In this document: positions 24,660-39,576 of the stretch, one piece after another | How the letters are laid out: each line of letters starts with the position of its first letter | Position numbering within the stretch: position 1 is the stretch's first letter | Notes under the pieces: generated by a model | Told to the model about the DNA's origin: nothing | Database searches by the model: none | The model's input: the letters and a program-made list of their open reading frames with translations, nothing else | DNA from: Octopus sinensis | Lineage: Eukaryota | DNA: 64,000 bases | Reading direction: 5' to 3' | Assembly (NCBI RefSeq): GCF_006345805.1 | Contig: NC_043008.1 | Span: forward strand, 71,052,001 to 71,116,000 | Made by a program: the position numbers and the translations under genes

Positions 24660-27600
24660 ATTATTATTATCTCAACTAACACTACAGAATTCCTGAAGTA
24701 AATCCAACGGACATAAAATCACAATTGTGGATAACACCAGATAGCCCAAACCATACCAGGCATTTACTCAATACATTAAAACACTAAGCGATGTATACTC
24801 ATTAATCCAAAATATTACACACACACAAACTCTCACACACAGAACACACACACACACACATACACACACACACATTTATGTGACCATCATGAGGCACTAA
24901 GTTAACGGTTTTAGTCGATCACTTCGAACATTTCAATCTGGTCTTCATTTTATGGTTTGTGTGTTGCTGAGACTCCATCTTGATTCAATACTTTAAATTA
25001 AAGGATATCGGGGGGGGGGCATACAATGGTATTTACACACACTTACATACACTACGCAAACACTACACAATCACACACACAAACACACACACACACACAG
25101 GGTTATATGTACATATGTATGAATATATAGTCTGTTATAGATAAGCCATCCTTACGTAATGTACGTTTGGTTAAAATAATTACATATTATCAGGCGACCA
25201 AAAATAACCTCATAAATAACTTTGACATCTAATACTAACGTTCTTACCTCAAGTAATAACGTATTACAATGGCACATCGTGAATTGTATTATTTTCAATA
25301 TATCACAGAATTGCATATAACAGAACTAATTTCATGATCAAAATCTACAGGAACAGTTATGGATTTACGCTGTTTATATCAGTCTTCGAAGATAATGCTA
25401 AGTCCATGTAATTACAATTTGATGACAGACGTAGAGTAAGAGTTAACTGTTGTAAGCACATGCCTGAATATTTTCTTTTACCACTCTGAGGCCAATGGAC
25501 AAACTATAAAGTATTTTATTGTTGAGGCACAGACTTACCCCAGTCAGTAAATACGTGAGAGTATTTGATTCTGTCCTCTAAGCTCACCAGTACTTTCCAA
25601 AATAAATGTAGATTTGACATAAAGTGAATTACAAGACAAATATATGCTCACACACACACATACACGCACAAACACGCGCACACACAGTCAAATGTATATA
25701 TTCATGAATACACATAAACATATATGTATGTATGTTTATTCTCTGATTACACTAGACGTCAACGTCTTAGTAATAATATCCATAAAATTATAGAAAAGCT
25801 AGCGTAGAATCCTACCGGGACATAAACATTCAGCAAAAAAATAATAATAAAATTTCATTATAAGCTTTATATATTTAAATGCAAGGCCTACGCAGCAATT
25901 AAAGACCACATATAAATTTTAAATCTAATCGTAAATGTACATTAATTAATCCACTTAAAACAGAGACTGGATTAACTCGCAAGAAAACCTCGATCAAAAC
26001 TGCAATATTAGTGAGCTAGATAGTACCCTGGTAATGGAATAGAAGCAGAATAATAATTAGATGATTTAATAATGTTAAGTATGCGACACCAAATTACCCA
26101 AATAGATATTGTCGAATTTATCCCTCCATCCTCAATCCTCAACTCCGTATAATCTTACATTTTGCCAGAGCATATAACGATAGAGATACTTATGACGTAA
26201 ATATCGTCATGTAGACTAGAAAGATTCTGTCTGAATACAAAATGTTCACCTACTTGAGGTCCATTCGAAATCGATAAAAGGACGTTTAACAATAGCGAGT
26301 TTTACGATTGTTTTAATACATCCATCTTAGATGATTTAAGTGCGTAATTTAGTACAGTACATATTATACCAAAGAGTTATGAAGGAGTGGTTTCATCACA
26401 ACACACCAGTGGCCATACAAGATGTGTTGGAAAAGCCTCCCACGAATTTTTCGGCCACACCCTGCCCCAAGTGGAATTAGACAAGTGGTAACGATGTCTT
26501 TATATAGATGATGTTTTACTGTGAACTTCCTGTTACATTCATGATTTGGACCCGTGCACACCATATGTTTGCACACGAAACGCTTATTAAGGATAGTGAA
26601 GACGGGAGTTTTTTTCTTAGATAACTTGAATAAATGACCTTACTAAGATGTCTTCAAATCCTCACTCTAAATGTTAAGCTAAATTCGTAAATGTTGAGCT
26701 ACCTTTAATTGCACATTAATACAAGTATGTAAAACTCACATATATTAATATATGCCAATGCCCAACAGTTTACAGAAAACCTGTTGAAAATCAGAAGTGT
26801 AACCAAGTATTGTGAGTCTTTATAATAATGAACTAAAATCTCTTAGGTTCGAAAATATTGAGTACATACACTTACACTTCCTGTTATGCTATATTCAGAT
26901 GAAATGACGCTAAATATAATATTGTTCACACGTCCTTTTCCCTAAAATTTTTAACACTACTGAAAATTCCGTAGCCTTAATAGAATATAGGAAGTTTTTC
27001 AGATTTGTAGAAAATAAAACACGCAAAAAACAAATGGAAATCAAATTATATCTTAAGTTAACAACAAAACCCTTTGCTACTCGGTAGAGCAAATTACAGT
27101 GACGCTGTCCATATGCAAATCAAAAACAGACGCCACTTATGTACAGGTGAAAATAGCATTATGGTGAGAAACATTAATATTTCTGAATATTATTGAAATA
27201 CTAAGTGAGAAATCTTAAAGAAATGTTGACACATTGATGAACACTTGCTTAAATGCTCACAAGTTCATCCAGCCTGTATTAAAATGGAGTAATATTGAGC
27301 TATAACAATCACATAAACCATGTCCTGTAATTTAGATTCACGCACACGCGCCATTGCTTTCATATAAAATACATAAAATTATTATCAATAAAATTTACTT
27401 ATTAACCAATAACCTCGACATCGGCAAACGGTTTGCATATCTATATGTCCTTATAGATTTCTATTTTATTTTCTCTGTCATTTTTTATTTTTAATATTAA
27501 CTTCATAGCTGTTACTTATTCATACATGTATTCATACCCTAATGATGTAAATGATAATACAAATCACTACAAATATCGACATACGATGTTGTACCCTTAC

Positions 27601-27894
27601 AACAGTCCAGCACCCGTATATGCTAGACCGGAAGTTACTTCACATAAGTGCGGTTGTCAGGATGTTTTTAATGTGTGCTGCATATTCGACTTGTGAAAAA
27701 CTAAAAACCAACAAAGGCTCACAAGACTTCCGTAACAATACTTTAACTTTTAGCGAACTATGTATTATATATACATACACACAGGACACACAAACACACC
27801 CATACCTACACACACACCCACAAGCATGCAAACGTATATATATATATATGTGTGTGTGTCTGTGTGTGTGTGCATGTGTGCTTGTGTATGTGTG

Positions 27895-27929
<35 letters not shown>

Positions 27930-28690
27930 TCTGTGTTAATATATACATATATATATATATATATATATGATGAGAGAGAGAGAGAATGAGAGAGATACAC
28001 ATGCATGTATAATTATAAAGCAAATAACGTATAGACATACTCGGATATACATATATACATAACTACATACACACACACATGCACACACACACACATATAT
28101 GTATAAATAGATATAAACATATATATTTTATCTATCGATGCGTCTGTGCTTGGCCATTCGGACGTGTGTATTTGCTTATATATGCGGGAGTTTGCAATAT
28201 AAATCTTTAAAGAATTGACTTATGAATATAGTGATTATATGCTATAAAAATACCAGAACATATTTTTAAACTATCGATAAAAACAGATAACGTGCAAACG
28301 TCATAAATAAGGCATATGTATAAAACTACTTAGATACCTATACACCATTACACACAAATATGCAAGCACATGCATAAGCATGTCTATGTCTGTGTGTATC
28401 GATATACATATATGTATGCGTACAAATACACGCACGGAGACATATATAGTTTTAGAAATTTGTAAGTACTGGGTTAAAGACATTGGTTAGTTGGAAGCTG
28501 GCGTTTCATTTTACTGCCACAAAGAATTTTTCAGGTGGTTCGATTTTCAATGCAAAATAAAGTCTTGATCCTAGTGGTAGAATTCTTCCCGAAATCTCTA
28601 ACCAGCTTGACTTTCACTGTATGCGTTGGGACATATTTTTATTTCTTATCTAGTCGAATCTTATCTAACCTACCTACCTACCTACCTACC

Positions 28691-28790
28691 NNNNNNNNNN
28701 NNNNNNNNNNNNNNNNNNNNNNNNNNNNNNNNNNNNNNNNNNNNNNNNNNNNNNNNNNNNNNNNNNNNNNNNNNNNNNNNNNNNNNNNNN
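28691..28790. other. Assembly gap (100 N)
   Basis: Run of N, preceded by a (CTAC)n tract. Confidence 1.
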
Positions 28791-29373
28791 AGTCTTTCAC
28801 TCTATTGCTCTGCTATATCGATTACTAAATTTGGTTAAAAGCCACGTATTTGTAAGGAAGACGCTTAATACCAATTGAATGAACAGCCAACCAACTCTAC
28901 CACCCGGTAAATTCGGCACAGCCGTGGCTTTTAACTCTGTATGATAAGGTTCAAATCATACTGCACCTATATATCGATTTCTTACTTGAATAAAATGCCA
29001 TAAATAAGAAAGACTTCTATTGCTTTTTTGTAAACACTCTGCATGTTTTGGAAATAAATAGTTTAACCTGGCATAATTTGAACTCTCTGCCTAAGCTACT
29101 GTTATCGTTTAATAATAATTTATAATACAGACAGAGGTAAGGGCGTGTGGAATGGGGAAAGTAATTCACTTCAGAAGTACATGGTCTCGGCTACAGTTCC
29201 ATCACTCAGCTGCTTTGGAGAGCGTCTTCAATTATAGCCCGAAGCTAATGAGTGAATTTGTTGGCAAACAGAAACATACTGGAGGGGCGTCACACACACA
29301 CACAAACACGCACACACACACACACACATACACACATATGCATAAATATATAGACATGTAATATATAAATATA

Positions 29374-29410
<37 letters not shown>

Positions 29411-29582
29411 TTATTGATATATGTACACATATACATACATATCTATATATAGATATATATGTGTACATATATAAATATACATATATATCTCGCTGTGACT
29501 ATTTGCCTGTCTGTCTGTCTCTTCTCTCTCTGTATATATATACATATATATATGTGTACACACACACACACACACACCACAC

Positions 29583-29623
<41 letters not shown>

Positions 29624-30017
29624 TAAGATCCAGGGATTGAGGTGTAGGAAGAAAGCTAGCTTTAAGCAGTCCGTAGTAAATATAAAAACAGCTTTTAGGA
29701 TCAATAGTCATTTATTGAGACAGAAAGTTGTTGATTTTTTTCGTATCGAAGTACGGTAAACTGAAGAGTGTTAGTTATATATTTCACGGTATGCAACCAG
29801 GGTTGCCAGGTGTGTGAATAAGAATAGAAGAGTTAAAAATTGGAGTAGGTAAGATCTGGGCTACATATGTCTAATAGTGAGTGGAACCTCACAAGTGGTG
29901 AATATCCAAGCGAGGTGCATACCGTAGGCTACTCTTTATGCCAAGGATATCCTGACGAAATGAAAGTTTACATTGTCGCAAGGAGCAACATGTTAGCAAA
30001 TAGAAGATTCAATCTGA

Positions 30018-30048
<31 letters not shown>

Positions 30049-30065
30049 ACACACACACAAACACA

Positions 30066-30107
<42 letters not shown>

Positions 30108-30209
30108 ATTACCAATGTTTCCCGACGATGCTCGGGTGTTATCATCTACGGTCATATTGTATTATTTGTTCCTTTCTTATGGGCAGAATCAGATCAGCTG
30201 ATAAATAGT

Positions 30210-30812
30210 GAACTGGATTACTGGTGTAATGGAATTTATTGCTTGTTTGAAAGTGAAGGAGAAAGGATGAGGGGGACAATTTACATTTCTGCTTTCTGTT
30301 CTTAAGAAGGATCACAAAGTGGAAAGTTTGAGCAAGGACTCTGCCTGTGCTTGCTGGTGGTGTGCGTTTCCTGGAAGGCTCCTATGAACATCCCACGTTG
30401 TGGAAGTTAAAGTCACCCAAAAGGAATACACTGATGTGTTGCTCCAGTGTGGTGAGATTTCCCCCTATTTTTGCTAGACAGTCTTCAAGCCTAACTATAT
30501 GATTTGGAGCATCCGGTGGGTGATGTGTAGTATATATAACAATAATTAGTTATCTTATATGTACAATTTGTCACCCATTGAATTTGAATATGAGAGTACA
30601 TTCTGCATTTGAATATGATCTGGGGCGTGTGGTCATCTGGGACGTACACAGCAACTCCACTGTGGCTCATTGCTTTTCTACTTCAGCGTATTGTGGTGTG
30701 TATTTCTACATCCCCTATGTATTTCCCGGGAACTTGCATGCAGCAAGTTCTCCAGGAACGAGGATTTTGTTTTACAGTTGACGTGCAAGAGCCCCCCGAT
30801 ATTTAGAAGAAA
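30210..30812 (-). mobile_element. Decayed APE endonuclease domain of a CR1/L2-type LINE
   Basis: Minus-strand motifs in the expected order: LLNIGGL, SGVAVYV, HHPPD and FLLGDFNF, with frameshifts and stops. Confidence 0.65.
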
Positions 30813-30882
30813 TATTATATATATATATATACATATATATACATACATACATACTACATACATACATACATACATACATATA

Positions 30883-31168
30883 TAGGTGCAAGTGTGGCTG
30901 TGTGGTAAGTAACTTGCTTACCAATCACATGGTCCCGGCTTCAGTCCCACTGCGAGGCACCTTGGGCTAGTGTCTTCTTCTATAGCCTCGGGCCGACCAA
31001 AGTCTTGTGAGTGGATTTGGTAGACGGAAACTAAACGAAGCCTGTCGTATATATATATATATGTGTGTGTTTGTTTGTATGTCTGTGTTTGTCTCCCCAC
31101 CATCGCTTGACAACCGATGTTGGTGTGTTTACCTCCTTGTAACTTAGCGGTTCGGGAAAAGAGACTGA
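30883..31168 (+). mobile_element. SINE family B, 3'-truncated
   Basis: GTGTGGCTGTGTGGTAAG, GCTTCAGTCCC, GCACCTTGGGCTAGTGTCTT and an internal TA/TG tract. Confidence 0.88.
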
Positions 31169-31815
31169 AACAACTACAAGAATAAAAGAATGCACATATG
31201 CATCTATAGTTTGGTTACTTTGATCGTTTGTGCCCAAGCCTAACGGCAGTCCAACATTCTGGCGTATCATGAGATAGAAGAAAAGAAGCGGCGTAAATGT
31301 GACATTTTGAAAGAGAAAACTTCAAATTCTACAGATTCCAGTATTTAACTGGAAATTTATTTAATCGATCTCAGAAGACCGAAATAGAAAATTGAACACG
31401 GCAGGATTTGAAATTACGTTTTAAAGACCAATAGATATATGTCGCAACGCTTTTGCTCTGTCGTTCTGACGATTCTAGCAATTACCGCCCTTAAGATTTC
31501 TTATATAATTGTAGTTTATCTTTTTAGATACGGTGTAAGAACAAAGAGAAATAGATTTTTTTTTCTTCTATGAAACATATCTTCCAGTGGAATTTTTACC
31601 GAATTTCCCCATTAGTATGCTTGTCCACCATTTAGTTTCTTTGCGGTGTCACAGATGTGGAGACGACTGTATCTTTCATGAGATGAGAAAATAGACAAAG
31701 ACAGATGATGAAAATCTCCTTTTCTCAGTCTCCTTCTCCCTATCTTTTTCTCTCAATGTCTTTATGTGTATATAGATATAAAATATAAATAAATAAAATA
31801 TATATATATATATAT

Positions 31816-31854
<39 letters not shown>

Positions 31855-32078
31855 TATATATAATATATATATAGGTATGGTAACTATTCATAGTGGTTTG
31901 AATGTTTTTGTGCTATCATTTAGAATTAGCTACTGATATCTATCGTTGCAGAATTCACAGAGATTCAAAGATTCTTCGATAATATTCACATTTCTCTCAG
32001 AAACCACGCAGCAATCATCCCTTTCTGTCTCTCTCAAACACTTCACATATATGTGTGTTAGTTTATATCTGTATAATA

Positions 32079-32122
<44 letters not shown>

Positions 32123-32130
32123 CATATATA

Positions 32131-32161
<31 letters not shown>

Positions 32162-32412
32162 ATGTACATATATATGTATGTATATATGCATGTATAAGCT
32201 TAAATTTGAAATTTGAAATTTTGCATCCAAACTTCATTTTGGGTATATTCCTAGTAGTGTACCAGTATTTCTACACTGTGGGTTGCACTGAAATCCATTA
32301 AATCCTTCCTTAGCCCTTATGCTGAAACGATATCTGTGATAAATGAAGTTTCCACCATACTCAGTCGGTCGTATTAATACATACTTATATACATGCATAC
32401 ATACATACATAC

Positions 32413-32478
<66 letters not shown>

Positions 32479-34114
32479 CGAGGTCTCTTTCATTCTTTTG
32501 CTGTCTTACCATTTTTATCAATATATATGACATGAATGTATATATAAATATATATATTCTTTCTGTTCCTCTATCAGATTAATAACTGTACCATAAACTC
32601 TGACCCACCATTTTTCCAGCATTATAATTTACTGTCTAAGGGAGATAACACTTTTCTCCCTTTGTTTCTTTCAGATTACTTTCTCATTTTCCGCTTTGTA
32701 ATCCTTCTTCTTTTTCTATATACTTCCATCTCACCATTTCTCGTTTCCTCTCTCATTCCATCTTTAGTTCATTATACGATGTGGGCTGTGCCTGATGACT
32801 GTGCCAAGATGTCAGACCTGTTATAAAACATTGTTAGTCATGTGTTCTCAGGATATGAAACTATAAGTAGCACATAAAAAAGAAGTAGCATGTTTATTAA
32901 ACGATATTCTTCTCTCATCGGATGGAATACTATTTTCATTGATCATACTAAATTCGATTTGTTTGTAAATAGTGATTAACATGTTGAAATCAATACCATT
33001 GATTATGTCATTCTTAACCCATATATATAAATACTGAGAAATATTATTTTATGTTCGCAAATAAAATTATGTCCCTGGCACTTGTTTTGAGACCATTGTG
33101 CTCACGAAGGAGTGTAAAATAATGACACACTAAACTGGTTCTTCTTAAATGTTAATCAGCAGAATCTTTGACATATGTCATCAGTTAGAGTTAAGCGAGG
33201 ATTTTTGTTCCGGCTTAGAATTGCAAACAATTATTTTCATGTTATATATACGTACTTGGAGGTAGTTAAGTTGTTCTATATATGTGGACATACGATAAGT
33301 GATTCCATGCTTTTGACGGCTTGTACACAATTCTCATTAACGAATTTCAGTTACAAGGTTTCGGCTGATAGTTGTCTATTGTTGAAGATACAAGACATAA
33401 AATTATTTGAATTATCATACATCAAATACCAAGTAGTTTTTCTAAAGTAATAAGAACCTTTCAGAATATCTAATAAATTTTAGACATTATGCTAAACTTT
33501 TCACATGACCATACTTTTAAAATTTAGGTCCATAACCCCTAAGAAACTTCTTTACTTTTCATTCCTCTATGTATATTAAAGTTATGGTATAAGAACCATA
33601 TTAGTGAATAAATAACAATAAATACAATACTGTTTAGATACAAATATATTTTGATTAATATTGTAACACATATATAATGTACAAGTGTTTATGATGGCAT
33701 CAAAGCCTTTGATTACAAACTTCTATCTCCGGAAAGAGATGAAGACCAGAATAAAATATTTTCTTGTATTTCTCATACGAACACTTGTTTTCCACATGTT
33801 TCAGTTCACCAAGTTATAATGAATTCACATATCTGAAAACGAAAAGGCGACTGTAGTGACAAACATAGCCGTAGACATGGCTGTATACAAAGAAATTTGC
33901 TTCTCCAACCACATGTTTTCAAGTTCCGTCACATTGCGTGGAAAACTGCACAAATATCTTTTACTATTTTTTCGGGTTGAGTAATGCCTTCTGAGTAGAC
34001 TTCGTAGACGAAATCTGGAAGATACTCATCAGATATTAATTTTTTTTTGTGTGTATATATATCTATATATATATATATATATATATCTATTATATATATA
34101 TATAATATATATAT

Positions 34115-34169
<55 letters not shown>

Positions 34170-34199
34170 ATATATTTCACATACATATGAATTATTTTA

Positions 34200-34446
34200 T
34201 TCTTTTACTTTTTCAGACATTTAAGTGCTGCACTGCCTTTAGTCGAAGATATCGACCCCAGAACTAATTCTTTGTAAGCCTAGTACATATTCTATCGGAT
34301 CTTTGGCTGAACCGCTCAGTTAGGAGAGACATAAACACACCAACATCGGTGTCAAGCGATGGGGCGGGCGCAGACACAGACACACAGATACATAGACACA
34401 CACACACACGCACGCGCGCGCCCATGCACGCATACACACACACACG

Positions 34447-34480
<34 letters not shown>

Positions 34481-34640
34481 ATAATATATATGGCGGGCTT
34501 CTTTCAGTTTCTGTCTACTAAATCCATTCACAAGGCTTTGGTCGGCCTAAGGCTATAGTAGAAGACACTTGCTCAAGTTGCCACGCAGTCGGACTGAACC
34601 CGAACTATGTAGTTGCAAAGCGAGCTTCTACTACACAGCA
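34200..34640 (-). mobile_element. SINE family B
   Basis: Reverse complement aligns with the 56739 copy; the internal microsatellite is expanded. Confidence 0.85.
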
Positions 34641-34692
<52 letters not shown>

Positions 34693-34945
34693 GTGTGTGT
34701 GTGTGTGTGTTGTGTGTGTATGTGTGTGTATGTGATTGTGTGTTTTGTGTGTGTATTATATGTGTATATGTGGAAAGAAGTGTGTTCCTACGCAGGGAAG
34801 AATAAATGTTACAAAATTAAAATCTGGTACATGCTTTCAGATTCATGTGTAATTCCAAACGCCCACACAAATTTTCATATTTGTGTGAGTGTGTGTGCGT
34901 TTGTTTGTGTGTGTGTGTGTGTGTGTGTATGTGTGTGTGTGTGGT

Positions 34946-34989
<44 letters not shown>

Positions 34990-34990
<1 letters not shown>

Positions 34991-35855
34991 AGGCTTCGGT
35001 GAATATATTGTCGTCAAAATAACGCAAGAATGAATATAACACCGACATCTGGTTTTAACAGATATATTTACCAAAGTTACATAAAAATATCTTGAAATGC
35101 TAATGAGTAAAATTTTTCAATAAAATCATTGGGTTCATTCACGACCTCCAGACGACTTCGGAATCTCCAGCAACTCTTCTGGACGGCCTCCTTGTTTAAG
35201 TTGGTGAATGTTGCCATAATCCTTTCCTTCAGTTCGTCTTTAGCGTCGCAAGGAGTTTTGATGATCTCTCTCTCTCATCTTCTGCATCCCACACATAATA
35301 ATCAAGAGGGTTGCAGTCTGGGGAGTTAGGTTGACAGATGTTAGAAGTGATTGTCTGACAGTCATGACTGGGTTCACCTTCTTGTGAGGCATGGTGCAGA
35401 GTCCTGTTGCCTGACTTAGTGTCTTCCAGCAGCCACCCTCTTGACCCAGAGTAGTACTACTTCCTTTAGGCACATAATGCAGGACTCCATTTTGAGCATA
35501 AGGCCAAGTGGGAAGATGAATGGAGGAGTATCGACACCATCACTAGTGATCACTCCAAACCCCATGATTTTGACGGGATGTTTGATTTTTATCACCCTCG
35601 TTACATGCACTGTGCTCAGTTTGATACCCAGACACTCTGAAATTATCGTATTGGAGCTTCCTGCGCGGATGCCAAGCAGTATAGTATGTCGTTTCCAAAT
35701 TTCTGGCTGAATGAATTACGTCATGGTGCTAGTTTTTTCAAAGATGGTGCCCAACTGACCCTACTATACTGTGTAGTAGAAAAAATTAAAAAAACAAACG
35801 AAGCGCATGTGCACAATTAAAACCAATTTGACAACAATTTACCCATTGCACTCTC
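34990..35855 (-). mobile_element. Tc1/mariner maT-like (DD37D-type) transposon, internally deleted
   Basis: The N-terminal fragment PEIWKRHTILLGIRAGSSN is joined directly to KHPVKIMGFGVITSDG...QQDSAPC...PNSPDCNPLDYYVW...RFRSRLE. Degenerate TIRs share ATTGT(C/T)GTCAAA, with TA at 34988-34989 and 35856-35857. The 37-residue spacing is inferred from family knowledge because this copy has indels. Confidence 0.8.
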
Positions 35856-36492
35856 TATATCCTCTTCAAGGACGTGCCTCAGCATGGCCACAAGCCAATG
35901 ACTAATACAATTTAAGAATAAAAGCTGAAAGACATTCAGAATTACTTTATTCTCCAAGCTAGATCACTCACCAAATTTCCCACACCATTCACCATATCCC
36001 CGATACGCCATTCATCAGACGCATCTCCTGTAAGTAAAATGTTTTTGCTCGTCACGACTTGCAAATTATGCGCGTTGCACTTAGCTAAATGCACCAAATG
36101 CACCAAATGCATTTCTATGTTGCGTGAATTTGTGTTTGAATCCCTTATTGAACAACTCTTTTGATCATTGCATTCCCCCAGAAATATATCTGTCTGTAAT
36201 TACCTTACCACTTTCCCAGGAACCATTCTATATAAATATTCCAGCTCAACATCAACGTATCGACTTACCAAGTCAACTTGGGATTGTACAATTTATATCA
36301 AAGTGATTTATTTCTAAGACTCATAATAATAACAATAATACAAAGAACGCTTTTTTGTTAAATTTAAATGCTTGGTGTCATATTATGGAAACATATTTTT
36401 CTAAGTATTTCTGGTGTAGAAAATGTAATTGGAGGGATCTTAGTAAATTTAAAAGGTTTTGGGAAGAAATAGTAAACAAACATACACACACA

Positions 36493-36887
36493 TATGCAGG
36501 CGTCGCTATGTAGTAAGAAGTTTGCTTCCCAACCACAAGGTTTCAGGTTCAGTACCACTACATGGTACCTAAAGCTAGTGTCTTATACTATGGCTTCGGA
36601 CTCACCAAAGTCTTGTGAGTGAATCGGGAAGAAAGAAACGGAAAGAAGCCCGTCGTATATATGAGTGAGTGTGTGTGTGTGTATGTGTCAGTATTTGTCC
36701 CTCATCTCTGCTTGACAACCAGTGTTGGTGTGCTTACGTCCTCGTAACGTAGCGGTTTGGTAAGAGAGGCTGTTAAAACGATTACCAGGATTAAAAAATA
36801 TAATGCTCGGGGACGATTTCTTCTACTAAAAGTCTTCAAAGCGGTGCCCTGGCAAGGTTGCAGCGTATTGACTGTAACAATTAAAAG
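36493..36887 (+). mobile_element. SINE family B
   Basis: Head GCAGGCGTCGCTATGTAGTAAG, B box GGTTCAGTACC and 3' end GCGGTGCCCTGGCAAGG. Confidence 0.8.
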
Positions 36888-37505
36888 ATGTAATGCTAAA
36901 AATTATTATCATTTAATGATATTTATTAGAAATGTGAAATGTAGATTATTTTTTTTACCCCTTCTCTTATTAGAAGTGAAATAGTTTATCTTAGGTTTAT
37001 ATGTTACAACTTTCAAAATATAAAGTAGGTCAAAGACGTATATCCTTCTATTCAAGCGTTTATCAAAGAGGTCCTAACGGATGTTGATTTCCTTTCAAGA
37101 ATTAACAGAAAATATTTCCATCAATGATTTAAAGATTATATTTTGTGTGCTTTCGACATAATTATGTCTATATTTAGTGTTTATTATTCATGGAAGTTCT
37201 GAATTTCATTTCAATCTGTATGATATTCTTTCAGTATTGTCTGTTAAGAAATTGATCTCATTGATTACTTCAATTTTATGTTCTGTCATACCCCGACAGA
37301 TCTAGTCACGAAAAGACAACAAATGTTTTTCGTTTTTATAATAATTTATTTTCTTGTGACGATCTTGAGTTCACGACATTCTTTTTTCTTCTTTTGAAAA
37401 TTCTCTTGCTTCTACCAGTTAACTTAGTTCAATGATTCATCAATGAAAAACAAGCATTTACGAGTTTACTAAACAGGAATTCAATTAGTTCACAAGTGAC
37501 ACGTA

Positions 37506-37735
<230 letters not shown>

Positions 37736-37739
37736 TTGT

Positions 37740-37918
37740 TCTTTTACTCGTTTCATTCACTGGACTGAATCCATGCTGCTGTCCAACCTCGAAAGGTTTT
37801 AGTTGAACAAATCGACCCTTGCACTACTTTTGAAGGTCTGGTACTTATTTTATAATTCTCTTTTGCCTAAACACTAGATTAGTGAGACACAAACTAACTG
37901 AAACCGGTTGCCATACTG
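37740..37918 (-). mobile_element. SINE family B 3' fragment
   Basis: TTTTACTCGTTTCATTCACTGGACTGAATCCATGCTG...AAATCGACCC matches the reverse complement of the family B tail. Confidence 0.6.
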
Positions 37919-38028
37919 GAAAAAAGGGAGACAACATAGACACACAAATACCCGTACAAACAAATGTATTTATTCATCTATCTGTCTCTCTGTCTATCTG
38001 ACTGACTGTACATCTGTCTGTTTGTGTG

Positions 38029-38059
<31 letters not shown>

Positions 38060-39234
38060 TGATGAGGTGAATGATGAAAGAAGGATGATATTAATGGGAG
38101 AAGACAACAACAAAAAAAAAAACACCCACCGATATTTTGCTTCTCTAAAACATTATTCTCTTTTTGTTTTTACACAGAAAAATAAACGAGGTATTGTACC
38201 TCTTACTTCAGTTCTTACAATTATTGGACTTAACAGTCCGTTAAGAAAATGGAACGCTAAGCCTCTTTCACACAATGACATACAATAAACATTATAAAAC
38301 ACTGAGGCTTTTCAACCTCTAGTCACTACACCTCCCCAACATCGCTCGATACTCCGCCATCACCCACACCTCATTTAAGACTAAGGCGGGTTCCGAGTCG
38401 GGGTCGGCCGGCCACAAGCAATATTCCTCATTGAGTCCCTCTAGCCTACGCATCACGGGCAACGTTATGACCTCCACAGTTATCTGCGGAGGCCATTCGG
38501 GATCCCGTGTGAAAGTTGGTGCCTAGTTATGGTAAATTTAAAAGTGATAAGGAATATACCAATTACATACTATATGTTAAGCAATAACAACAAAAAGTAT
38601 TTTTAATTTCAATGTTTAACCCCCACCCCGCACCAAGCAAATTATGTGTGTGTAAAAAAGCATATCTACTAACTGAGAAGTATTCTATAAAAATATATTA
38701 TCTTTTATATACTTTTCTAAAATCATTGTTGTTGTAATAAAATTCCTGTACACACATGCATATAAACACATACACACACATACACACATACATACATAAT
38801 CATGGTGAGCAATATGCATTTACAGAGTGTGAGAGTGTGGTAATTATATATAGAGATGGGGAAAGTTTACAACGGAAAAGTCGATAAATGAAAGAGCTAG
38901 GCAAATAGAGGGGGAAAACAGAAGGATTTTCCCTGATGCTCTCAGAGATTTTTAATTCTAAAAGTAAGTGAAAATTTCAAAATTTGAAATATTGATGTAC
39001 TTTTTCAACCTGAATCTGATTTTGTGATTCAATTATTCCACAATTTTTTTTTTAAGTTCCAGAGGTTTAAAGTTCGAACATTATTACCCAATCAGAAAAC
39101 AAGATTTGGAAGCTAGCATTTTATTTTCGTAGCTGCTTATAATAAAATTAAAGTGAACAAGTCGAAACTTAAAACAGAATGAAAGCAGTACCGGAGATAT
39201 AATACTAATACATATACAGGGAGAAGAAGGAGAA

Positions 39235-39288
<54 letters not shown>

Positions 39289-39533
39289 GTAGAGAGAGTA
39301 TGATAAAAAGTATGGTAAATATATATATACCTGATGGTAACAGATAGAGAGCGGAAGATGTGTTGATTTAAAAGTTGAGTTATCTCTCGTAGCAAATTAT
39401 GCTTTCATTATTATTTACGGAACACCTCTTTCGGACGGAGGCTTCGAAAATCAAATTTGTTTTCACGAGTACCGGTTCACATCATTTCAGGGCTAAACTC
39501 ACACACATAACTACATACACTCTCATTTATATA

Positions 39534-39576
<43 letters not shown>

